The notes under the pieces were generated by a model. That model did no database searches. It was not told the origin of the DNA and saw only the letters and a list, made by a program, of their open reading frames with translations. A DNA stretch of 62,151 nt, filler included, from Nemertoderma westbladi (lineage: Eukaryota > Animalia > Xenacoelomorpha): NCBI GenBank assembly GCA_032718475.1. It is 3 parts of 3 records of this genome, joined end to end, with 100 filler letters (N's around TTAATTAATTAA, not from the genome) between each part and the next. Parts side by side here need not be neighbours in the genome. Positions count along the whole stretch, not along the records: positions 29,229 to 56,974 come from JAUCBJ010003417.1; positions 57,075 to 62,151 come from JAUCBJ010004081.1; 1 more part is not named here. One strand, 5' to 3'. The position numbers were made by a program, and so were the translations under genes. Positions 47,974 through 59,039 of the stretch are shown here, in pieces (the stretch's first letter is position 1; each line of letters begins with the position of its first letter).

Positions 47974-49245
47974 ATGAACCCCGACGTAAAACGACTGTTG
48001 TTAGGAGTTGTTGTTCTCTTTCTTACAGACGTTCTTTGGGTGGCATCATCGGAAGTCTCTAGAATGATTTACCACGACCGCGCTTACAACAAACCCTTCC
48101 TTACAACCTACGCCAAAACATCCATGTTCGTCATATATCTAACGGGGTTTGCATTTTATAGACCTTGGCAACGGCAATGCTCCTGTTCATATTTGCGATT
48201 TAAAAGACCTAGATTTCCACATATTAAACCAAGTAATATTGAAACATATGGTGAAACTGAGAGCCTGATTACTGGTACCGAGTATACTAATGTAATTAAC
48301 GACAGTACCGGTACGAGTAACATTACCTCCGAAGATAGTGTATCAGAGAGTGGTTTATCGATAATCCGATCGGGTGAGGCTACCGGTAATCATTCTAAAC
48401 TACCAATCAGGAGCCATCTAAGAATCTCTCTGATATTTTGCTTGCCCTGGTTTTTAGGCTCATTAACATACGGTTTGGCGTTGGGTCAGAGCGAGGCTGC
48501 TATCGTTAACATACTCTCGTCTTCCTCGGGTCTATTCACTCTGTTATTGGCCGCAGTATTTCCTAGTTCCCATGGCGACAGGTTTACAGCGACCAAGTTT
48601 CTCGCCGTTTGTGTCTCTATAGCCGGTATTGTTATCGTTGTACTTTCCACAGTGGACAATAACAGTAATCCATTATCGGTGGACATCGGTTGCGTGTGGG
48701 CGCTTATTAGCGCTATATTCTACGCCATTTATATTGTGTCGCTAAAGCGTCAAGTTAACAATGAAGACAGAATAGATATTCCATTATTTTTCGGTTTTGT
48801 TGGTCTTTTAAATATTTTTCTTTTATGGCCATTTTTCTTTGTTTTTCACTACACCGGTTTTGAAGTTTTCCAGTTGCCACCTGATTTAGATACCTGGATG
48901 TTTATTGTAGCCAATGGCCTCATTGGAACTGTATTTTCTGAGTTTCTATGGTTATGGGGATGTTTATTAACGAGCTCATTGGCTGCTACTATATCACTTA
49001 CTCTCACTATACCTCTCACCGTGCTCTGGGATATGTTTATGCGTCACGATTATTTTTCGGTGGAATTCCTTTGCGGAGCGGTTCCCTGTTTTCTCTCATT
49101 TATCACAGTTTGCGTTTTGCAACATTATAATGACTGGGATCCGGTAGCCATGGCAATGCGACGTTTATTGGAACTGCTGTCGAAATGTTGTGCGAAAAAT
49201 ATAATAAGCAGACGGCGCTCGCGGAACCTCTTACACCCACCGTGA
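47974..49245 (+). CDS. SLC35F5: Solute carrier family 35 member F5-like (DMT/EamA superfamily), intronless
   Basis: DVLWVASSE, YNKPFLTTYAKTSMF, VNILSSSSGLFTL, GDRFT..K, DIPLFFGFVG, NGLIGTVFSEFLWLWGCLLTSSL, YNDWDPV. Confidence 0.93.
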   Translation: MNPDVKRLLLGVVVLFLTDVLWVASSEVSRMIYHDRAYNKPFLTTYAKTSMFVIYLTGFAFYRPWQRQCSCSYLRFKRPRFPHIKPSNIETYGETESLITGTEYTNVINDSTGTSNITSEDSVSESGLSIIRSGEATGNHSKLPIRSHLRISLIFCLPWFLGSLTYGLALGQSEAAIVNILSSSSGLFTLLLAAVFPSSHGDRFTATKFLAVCVSIAGIVIVVLSTVDNNSNPLSVDIGCVWALISAIFYAIYIVSLKRQVNNEDRIDIPLFFGFVGLLNIFLLWPFFFVFHYTGFEVFQLPPDLDTWMFIVANGLIGTVFSEFLWLWGCLLTSSLAATISLTLTIPLTVLWDMFMRHDYFSVEFLCGAVPCFLSFITVCVLQHYNDWDPVAMAMRRLLELLSKCCAKNIISRRRSRNLLHPP

Positions 49246-50872
49246 ACAAAACCAATACCGTCGCTGCCATTCATAATTAATTTCAATCTACAATTTATTT
49301 GATTTTTTAATATAATTGTAAATATCGGTATGTGATACTTTGCGAGGTGCTATATGCTACAGTGATGCTTCTATATCCGCTACCACCAGATAGGTGGAGG
49401 ATTTTCGATTTCGACGCTATAAATTCATTCATTTGATTGCTCCCAAAAATAAAACCGTAACCTGTTCTATTGAATTTCGTATGTTTTTTGGTTAGAATAA
49501 CGTGCTAACTGTAACCTGATCTTTTCTCTTTATTCATAATTTAATCTTGAGAAGAAATATTAATTCTCCGAGATTGGATTTGCATTGGGCACACTCTCCT
49601 CCACCATCGGTGTTTTTGTTTTGAAAGCCATAGATTATATCGACTACTATTACTATTTTTAATTTAATTTTTATTTAAAAAATTTTGATGATCGATTTTT
49701 ATTTAATTCAAATATGATTTTTTCGAATTCATGATAACCGTTATAGTCTAATAATAGCCATCTAAGTAGCAGTAGCACTACACTCAGTCCAATATCCAAA
49801 ATGCCTGGTGCCAGCATGTGTTCCGTAGCATTACTATTTTTAATCAGCTATGTATATATAGTGACATTAATACACTATTAGCTAGCATGCCATATTAACC
49901 ATCTACAACTTAATTAAATTATGAATTTGGGTTGTAAAAATGTTTTTTTTTGTGTTTTTCTAGTAGAAATGACCTCAAATATGGAGTAAAACACCATAAA
50001 TATATTTTTTTAATATTTTGGTAAGGTTTTTAGCGGTTGTAAGCTTTTACCGATAGAAATTTTGATGGTATAAGGGTTTTCGAGGTCGTTCTCGATAAAA
50101 CTTGTTAAAATATTTTCTCGCAATTCAATTTGATTATCAAATTTGTACTACTTGTATTTTTCGTGCCGGATATTGACTTAACACATATCCAAAAATGCCC
50201 CAATCAACCATGTACGAAATATTTCAGTGTCATATTCGTGATCAGCAACCCAAAAAACCTATGGTCATAAAATAAATTTGATTTTGTGGTGATTTTTCAT
50301 TATCATTTCATTTATCATTCTCATTCATCATATTTGCACTACTTGTTTTTTTTGTGCCCCAGAGGGCACATTCCAAACTACGAGCCATTAAAACTTTTGA
50401 AAATTTTCGCACGAAAAACACTGGAGATGGGTGCCAGAAAGGGACGAAGGGACCACAGCGCGAAATCTAACATAGCCATGTAAATGGCGTTTGCTCTGTT
50501 GGAAAGCCCATTAAATTTTAGGAAAAGTAACGAAATCTCGGTGTCCCCAACAAACCTTACTCAAAGATACAGTACAGTTGAACTACAACAAAAGTTATGA
50601 AATTAACCTCCCTCCCCGGGCTAGGGTTAAGTGACAATGTAGTATAATATATCAAAGAAATTACATAATACGAAATTAGGGTTAAGAATGTTCCATAATA
50701 TGGTGTCTTTAAAATAAATATTTTAACATAAATTATATAAATATGAATAAAATAGCCTTGTGCGTGCATGTGCAAACTATGCAACTTTTCAACGCTTATA
50801 TATCTCATTAAAAGCTCAATTACAAATAATTTATTTAATTAATATCACTAGGCAGCCATACTCGAGCTGAAT

Positions 50873-51435
50873 ATTTATTTATTTGTACTTCCCTCCTGTT
50901 TCACTCTAACATACTTGAGGCCGGTACGTCCGCTGTTAGAGATAGGATATGCAACTAAAGACTGTCTGTTCAGTAGAAGTGGAATAAAGGCGAATGTCAG
51001 GGGAGAGTGGCTGAACATATTAGCGCCATTGAAGAGGCCTGATAGGTCGAAACGTACGTATAGCAAATGGTTCAACCCCGGTGACGTGCTTTCTCATTCT
51101 TTCCATTGCTGTACAACTTCTTATTGTACAATATCATTCAATAAAGTTGCGTAAATTACGATACAATATGAAAAATTTGAAAGATATTAAAATAAAGTTA
51201 TTGTAAGTTGTTGTAAAGTAAAAGTTAAGTAAAATTACTCAAATGGCTTTCAAGTTCAACAATGCCTTTAAGTAAATGCGCTTTCACTCTTATGTTTGAA
51301 GGTCTCGGATATCGGGGATTGTTGGATTTCCGCGGGCAAGTTGTTCCATAACTGCGGCCCAACGTACTATATTGATTGTGCGCCCGCGACTGTGCGTTTT
51401 TGTTTTTGTGGTGTTGTTGCGTGTGCAGAGCCACT
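50873..51435 (-). mobile_element. 3' fragment of an L2/CR1-group LINE
   Basis: Minus strand reads QSI*YVGPQLWNNLPAEIQ..ETFK at ~51290-51385; AAATAAAT tail at ~50873-50885. Confidence 0.65.
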
Positions 51436-51437
51436 TC

Positions 51438-51943
51438 TTACATTGGATCCTATAACTATGTTACATTCGATCTACAAATTACTATAAGCTCGAATGTAAC
51501 ATACGTACTGTACATTTATTTATTCAGTTGTTTTTTGATTTCAGGAGTTAACCAATGAAATGCTTCGTTTATTTACAAGAATAAACAGTTTGGTGAGTAC
51601 AAAACAAAGACCCAATTAAGTAACCTGCATAATCTTGTAACATGTGTTAACTTTCGTTTATTGTTTTGGTTCCCCCAACACGCCTCTGTAACCTGCTCCT
51701 TTCAGCCTTAAAATAAAAGTAACCTGCATAATATTGTAACATGTGTTAACTTTCGTTTATTGTTTTGGTTCCCACAACACGCCTCTGTAACCTGCTCCTT
51801 TAAATGGCAATGTTACATTCGGCGCTTAGTATTTTGTAGATCGAATGTAACATAGTTATAGGATCCAATGTAACATAATTGCGGTTACGTTCGATACGTA
51901 ATAACTGTTACATTCGATCCTGATTACGATCGGTCATGTATCG
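51438..51943. mobile_element. Uninterrupted, one-end-truncated, inverted copy of the MULE-like MITE at 22689-28135
   Basis: Same TGTTACATT/AATGTAACA TIR modules and two ~100-bp internal repeats, with no nested inserts. Confidence 0.85.
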
Positions 51944-54900
51944 ACATGGTTAGACAGTTAGAACTTTTTTCTAAGTAGTTTAGTACCGTACTGTAGTACA
52001 CGTTTAGAACAGTTAGTACTGTGTAGCAGTAGGTACTGAATTGCTGACATGTTGACACCGGTAATACAGTATGACAGACTGAGTACAGTGTACAGCAGTA
52101 CAGCAGTACAGGAATACAGTAAAAGGGTGTAGGTCTGCCTGTAGGTAGGGTACCTGTCTGACAGTACTGCGGTACTGTTACTGTCTGACTCATAAGACAG
52201 TCAGACAGTGACAGTACAGCAGTAAGAAGCGAACTTTATCCCGGTCTGCCTGTACGCTGTACACCTAAACTCATGTGTCATGTACGCTGTACACTTCACA
52301 GCTTCAGCACTTGTCTTCCTGTACCTACGCCAGTACGCGGTCTGACTGCAGACTGTCTGAGGACGGTAGTGCTGTACCGGTAGCCAGGCTGCCAGGTATC
52401 GCAGTAAGGCTGTAAGGCCTACCGGTAGTGCCTGAGTGCGGTAGTACAGTACACAGTAGTAGGACTACTGTACCCGTACCGTAGTAAATTACCGGTCTGC
52501 CGGTACGGTACCGGGTACCGGCAAGTGAATCAGTGTAATTAGCGTTCTATCGAACCTTGATTTTGGACAGAACCGATTCGGATAATTCAGTAATTGAAAA
52601 ACCGAACCGGACTGCCAGACAAATTACAGAATTTTTCAGAATTTTATTTCAGTTGTTGTTACATACTTCTTAGCTTACTGTACTTGAAATTATCTAATCA
52701 TACTGCTGTAGTGCTGTACTGTATTTCAAATTGTTTATATTTTTGAATTGAATTCTGTGAATTTATTTTACTACCGGTATGTATCTAAACTGTTATCCTA
52801 AGTGCATCTTATTGCCTGGCATGCCTGGTAACTTCTCCCTTTATTTTATTTTAATTTAATGTTTTTTTAAATTATTATGTTAAATATAAATAATGATAAT
52901 GAAATGAAATGAAATGAAAAAAGAATTACCGGTAGGCCTAATAAAATGAAATAGGAAATCAATAACAATTGCATATGATAATAGGCCTAACTGCCTAATG
53001 CAGTAGGCCTAATGCAATTAAAAGTAAATAATACGATAAGGAATAGGCCTATATAATTAGAAAAAAACTACCGGTATCTAAAATATAAAATATTATATTA
53101 TTATTATTACATATTTGTATGTATTTCCTGCTACTCTTACTGTCAGACTGTCTTACTGTTACTTACTGTCTAGAGTTAACTCTAACTGCTCTTTGGCAGT
53201 TTGGGGCCGTTTACCAGGTTAAACAAGGAGTGAGAAACGAATGTTAGAAATTACTGAATTAGAATATCAGAATATCTCTGATATAGGCTATATCAGTATA
53301 TAGGCTGATAGGCCTAATTCTTTCAGTCAGTCAGTCTTTAGTTTCAGAAAATTTGAAATATTGCTTCTGCTTTTATATAACGTAGTACCGTATTACTATA
53401 TAACGTAGGAGGCCTGTACATTAATTACAATGACAAAGTCAGAACAGAAAGTTATGTGTATATGTATATAATGTATATGTATATGTATATAATGTATATA
53501 TATATAATATGTATATAATACCGTCCGTAACTGAATAACAAACAATAATACCGTACAATAGGAAATCACCAAATGTACTTGGATAGCAAATATATTAAAT
53601 ATTTTAATTAATTTGTTAGTTTATATAATACTAATTCTAGGCCTAATTAAAATATACAATCATGGAAATCCATTAAAAAAATATAAAAAACGACTAGAAA
53701 ATATACACCGAATCGGTGTCTGAGAGGAAAAAAAGAGCCGATTCGGTGTATTTTCGAGAAAATTGAATTCCTGGTTCGGTGTACTAAACAATATTGACCC
53801 CGAATCGGTACTTCTGCATCTGCAGGCTGTATGAAAATATCACAAGCCCCGATTCGGGGTACAGGGAAGGGGGTCTTGTCCTGGATACCCTGATTTGGGG
53901 TATAATTTACATTAGATTTTCCGGTACAATATTGAAGCCGGAAGATTTCATTATTTTTATGTATGTATATTATTTATTATGTTTTCTTTTTTGTAGAACA
54001 CACCAATGTGTATTTGAATACAGGAATATGTTAATACGAAATTGCGGAATTAAAATCTTCACATGCGGAAATGAAAGATAAAAAATGTACCGGTACTACT
54101 AAAAACTGAAAAATGTTTACTATCACTATGTAGTAAAGTAAATGTGTAACCCAGAATCGGGGTTTGCTTCTATACCCCGATTCGAGGTATTTTCCCTTAT
54201 ATAGGCGTACTGATTTTGATTTTAGCCTGTCCCAATGATATCTGGGGAAATCAATATTTTTTGGCCTACACCTCCTAGTTAGTATAGTAGAGTAGAAAGA
54301 GACTTAGAGGTAGGCCTACTTTATTACCGATCGTACTCATAGGGCGTACAATATGATCTTATACTGTTATATGATCATATATGATCTTATATTGTACCGG
54401 TTACGTCTTATAATTCATCTTATATACGCTTCACAAATCGTTGTAAATTCCCAATTCTAGCTCCCCTCAACCGCCACGTGTTTCTTTCATCAGCACCTGA
54501 CCCGTGGATCGGCGCCGTTGGTTCGCGCTGAGAACGGGGTGATGGCTGGGAAATGTCTGCATGTGAGAATGACGCTATTCACTTTTTGATATATCGAAGC
54601 TGAGACGATCTCCACTTGATCGCGATATTGTTCTTCCTACTCTTCAGCTCTTCGTTAATTGTTCTGTTAATGGAATAAATATATATAAATATATACACTG
54701 GTGTACCTATATTTATGTGATCTTTTGGCGGATTGGTGGATTATTGAATTATAATACTGCATTTAACCTTAACTGAATTAGTTTCGCCGTGTTTCACAGT
54801 CGACGAGTATGTATTACATCAATATACTAGGCCTATCGGTTCCCATTTTCGATGGACATCGCGCTGATATTTACCAATATATGCCTAATTATTCTTTGCT

Positions 54901-55812
54901 GTTGTTATACGTTTTGGTTTTCAAATAAAAGTGATGAGGAGGGAAAACCATACCAACGTAAAAATATAGTAATAACTTCTGATTCTACAATCTACGTCAG
55001 TCATTGCTAATCGCTAAATTACCTGATTAGAGTAAACCGTTCTTGCAACCTTTCAATCGTAAGTAAAATTAATTAGCTAGTCGTGTGGATTTCCAATTAC
55101 ACACACAATTAATTTATTAATTACATTCTAGTTAGGCTTTCTTTTAGCCTTCCAGCGTACTATTCCACTGTCAGTCATGAGAATCTCATAGCTCTTCACT
55201 TCACCGCCACCTTTTGTTACCTTGGGATCATTTTACTTTCATTTTTTTATTTGTCACCACAAAATGCTAAAATAAGTGCCTATTTCCGGAATTATTTTCT
55301 GCTTATCTAGGCCCTATGTATTTTGACAGGTTAGTAAATTAATAGTTATACTTAATCTATAATATAATATAATTCATATCATATGTAATATTAATAAAAG
55401 TACCGTACTTGTATTTATTATTAATAATTTTTTGTCGCCGGGAAAAATAGGAATTATTTGACAATACAATACTCAGGCCTACAGTATATATATCCTAGGT
55501 ACCGGTATATATTAAATATATGTTCTCACTCAACAATATATTTTTATTGTTATTCTACTTTTTTTATCTTAATTTCAAAACCAGTACTGATTGGTACTCA
55601 TTTTAATCTCGGGTTCGAAATTATTGTTACTACGACAAACATCTAGCTAGACCTAAAACTGTAACTTGAAAAATCTCGTAGCATTTTTCTGTGGTTCAAA
55701 ACCATTTCCGAAGCTCCCGTGCAAATAATTATATATCGCCCGTCTATATATAAAATCATATGAATTGGACGTCTGTATTCTATTTTGATATATAAAATAT
55801 ATATACAAGGCC

Positions 55813-56529
55813 TATGTCCTGGAATCAATCTTTAGCTACAAGCGTTGGAAAAAGGTGTCTTGGGCGATATTGCACCAGTTACACCGCAGTTATTCTACAA
55901 TAGTTAATCTTATAGTGATTTGTTGGTACTGTTAGAAAGCTGGCCCTGCAAGGATTCCTAGTATGTAACACAATCTGAAATTCGTTGAAAAATAGCTGAG
56001 CTATGAGCGTTCAAATGTTACATGGTTTTGCATCTGCCCAAGGCTATTTTATTCTACTTAATTAATACACCATATTCTGGAACATTTTGTTTATGCATGA
56101 ATAGCTAGGCCCTATGTAATAGTATGATTAAATAGGTATTGTATTGTTGCCCAGCTACGTATGGGATAAATAATATGTTCCAGAATATGTTGTATTTTAT
56201 TGAATAAAATAGCCTCGCTCCGCTCATGAAAATCCATGCAAGTTTTGAACGCTCATATCTCAGCTCTTTTAAGACGAAATTCAGATTGTGTTACATATTA
56301 CGAATCTTTCCATAGCCAGCTTTCTAACATTCCCAACAAATCACTATATACGGATGAAGAATAACTGCGGTGTAACTGATGGAATATCGCCGGGGACCCC
56401 TTTTTCAAACGCTTGTAGTTGCTAAAGAATGAAAGCGAAATTAAAATTCTGGCTCACCCAGCAAGGAGGAGGGAGGTGAAACTATCTCTGTTTCAAATGT
56501 CATGCAATCTCTTTAATATTTGTTTACAT

Positions 56530-56560
<31 letters not shown>

Positions 56561-56600
56561 TTATATACCTGAATGACTGCACTATATTCCAGGACATGGT
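55813..56600. mobile_element. Long-palindrome DNA element, same family as 35641-36682
   Basis: ATGTCCTGGAAT ... ATTCCAGGACATGG; mirrored AGTTACACCGCAGTTATTCT. Confidence 0.72.
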
Positions 56601-56974
56601 GCATGCATATGTTGCTATATTATATATCGATTATATACTGAAAATAATGTAAACATTGAATTATCTTAGTATCCCATGAATTCTTCTTACTTTGTTTTTT
56701 GAAAATATTCTAGAAAATATACATACTATCTATTCATATTGTTTAGAAATACCGTTCTAGGACAAATACTGTTGTCCTAGAACATGGTATGAAAAAAATT
56801 GTTTTTTTTGGTGTATATTTTTAATTGATTGCTTTTTAATTTGTAAGTCATTACAAAAAATTGATTATATTTGTATCTCGTGGTTTTTATGATGTAGCCA
56901 GTGTTTTATTATTAGCTTGTTTAAAAAAAATTACTTAAAGAACATAATGAAGAAAATAAGAGACTTCTAGAACA

Positions 56975-57074
56975 NNNNNNNNNNNNNNNNNNNNNNNNNN
57001 NNNNNNNNNNNNNNNNNNTTAATTAATTAANNNNNNNNNNNNNNNNNNNNNNNNNNNNNNNNNNNNNNNNNNNN
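56975..57074. other. Assembly spacer (N44-TTAATTAATTAA-N44)
   Basis: Same linker as 29129-29228. Confidence 0.97.
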
Positions 57075-57570
57075 CTCATCGCGTGTCCGTTCCACCCCTC
57101 ACGAACCCCGAAGGGAACGATCATCGAGAACCAGTACGGCTTGGCTAAGGGGTCTGTCGTCGGTTCCCATCGCAAATCCCAGTACAAGCAGTCAGCGTTC
57201 CGAGTTCTTTTCAGTCTCGTAGTAGCTGCCGTTGACCAGAGACCGCTAAGGGCAGTTCTCGTCAAACCCGTCCTGTGGCCAGCCCTTTCGCATGTCCGTC
57301 CCACCCCTCACGAACCCCGAAGGGATCGGTCATCGAGAACCAGTACGGCTTAGGTCAGGGGGCAGTCGTTACTTGGCCACCCGTTCGCGTGTCCGCTCCA
57401 CCCCTCACGAACCCCGAAGGGAACGATCATCGAGAACCAGAACGGCTTGGCTACTAAGGGGCCGTCGGTGCCCGTCGCAAATCCCTGACACAAGCAGTCA
57501 GCGGTCCGAGTTCTTTTCAGTCTCGTAATGGCTGCTGTTGGCCAGGGACCGCTAAGGGCAGTCCTTGTCC
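57075..57570. repeat. GC-rich compound tandem repeat at the contig edge
   Basis: CCACCCCTCACGAACCCCGAAGGGA..GATCATCGAGAACCAG at ~57092, 57301 and 57398; AAGCAGTCAGCG.TCCGAGTTCTTTTCAGTCTCGTA twice. Confidence 0.85.
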
Positions 57571-57871
57571 TTTAGGCCTGGCGCATTACCAAATCCACCC
57601 CTACAGGCAGCAGGAAGTTGGCCAGGGCCTAATAGTACTCAGGCTAACCTGAATACTGCTTGCATTTTCCATCCCCCCCTGGCCCTTATAACTATGAAAT
57701 TATTCCCGTACCCTGTAAGTTGCCCCAAAGTTCGCCCATAAATCGCCCCCAGTTTCTTGAATGTGCCCAAAACCCATGGTCCCGCACCCAGTAGTAATAT
57801 CGGAATAATCAATTTTAAATAAATACAAAAATATTCAACTCGCGTTATGGAAAGTTGAAATACCGCGAACA

Positions 57872-58022
57872 TAAAGTTTACCGTATAATAAAGTTTACCG
57901 TATAATCAAGTTTACCGTATAATCTAGTTTACCGTTTAATAAAGTTTACCGTATAATAAAGTTTACCGTATAATAAAGTTTACCGTATAATCAAGTTTAC
58001 CGCATAATAAAGTTTACCGTAT
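57872..58022. repeat. 17-bp minisatellite AAAGTTTACCGTATAAT, ~9 copies
   Basis: Direct reading of the sequence. Confidence 0.95.
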
Positions 58023-58099
58023 AGGCTAATCAAGTTATCTAGATTACATAAGAAAACAATTTGTTCTAAAATATTTTCTATAAAAACATTGTTACGTAC

Positions 58100-58286
58100 T
58101 TCTTTATCGGTGGATGTATCCATAGCACCATGCAGGTCATCTATTCTCTTGAGAGCAACCTTCAACTCATTCTCTTTCGATTTACATAATTCTTCCACGT
58201 CCGACAATCGCCTCTCTGATTCAAATCTTTTTCTGTTTGCTTCCTCCTCTTTCAAATTCAGATGGGAAACTTTCTCGTTTAATTCC
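58100..58286 (-). CDS. MYO18: Internal exon encoding the C-terminal coiled coil of a myosin-XVIII-like protein
   Basis: TTTTGCAG acceptor and GTACGT donor; ELNEKVSHLNLKEEEANRKRFESE...ELKVALKRIDDLHGAM resembles recalled MYO18A KEAEASRKKHELE...DLKLAFKRIGDLQAAI. Confidence 0.72.
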
Positions 58287-59039
58287 CTGCAAAACATAAC
58301 AGTTTTATTACAAACTTAGTCTCATTTGTTTACGAGGATAGAATCATTCAAATTGAAACATATTGTATTAAGTTTATAAAAGATTATGTCCCGGGCATTA
58401 TCAATAAAATGTTTACAAACAAATGTTTCGGAATTTGGTATGTTGATGTTGATGATATCCATGGGCACCTTTTTTAAAACTCTTGTATCTAAATAATGAA
58501 AGTGAATAATAAACATTCTGAACCGAGCGTCAGTACCGAGTCAAAGATACCAACCAAACCAACAATCGCAAGTGGTTTCAACTGGTTTCATGTACTGTAT
58601 TAATATGATGTAATAATCACCAATTGAATTATCATAATTGTTAGTAAAGACTGTTTGTCAGATAAGATAACTGAGAGTTGAGTTGCCATAGTCTGATAAT
58701 CATGTTTGTTTTGGAGTCATAATAATAAAGAATAATAATAATTCCGATATGAAATATTTAATCGTCATTCGATCATAGTTCAGTAATTGATCATATTAAA
58801 ACGAATACACAGTAGAGGATGGACACACCGACACCGACATTTACAATTAAGTAATATAATTCTTATTGTGGTAATTAAAATGCCATTAAAAAGTCATACG
58901 TCATGTTTACTACATGTAATAACTACCTACTGACCTTATACCGTAAGATTTTGTTGTATACCTATCCCTGTATCCTATACAGTACAGTGAGAGAGGGATA
59001 ATTTAGTTAATTAATAAATATCCGTGCCGTTTAGTTGCA

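Noticed and set aside
54420-54663. Possible terminal exon of the MYO18-like gene (minus strand, AG acceptor at 54664)
   Set aside because: The phase-0 join gives an immediate stop, there is no recognisable homology, and an assembly gap lies between.
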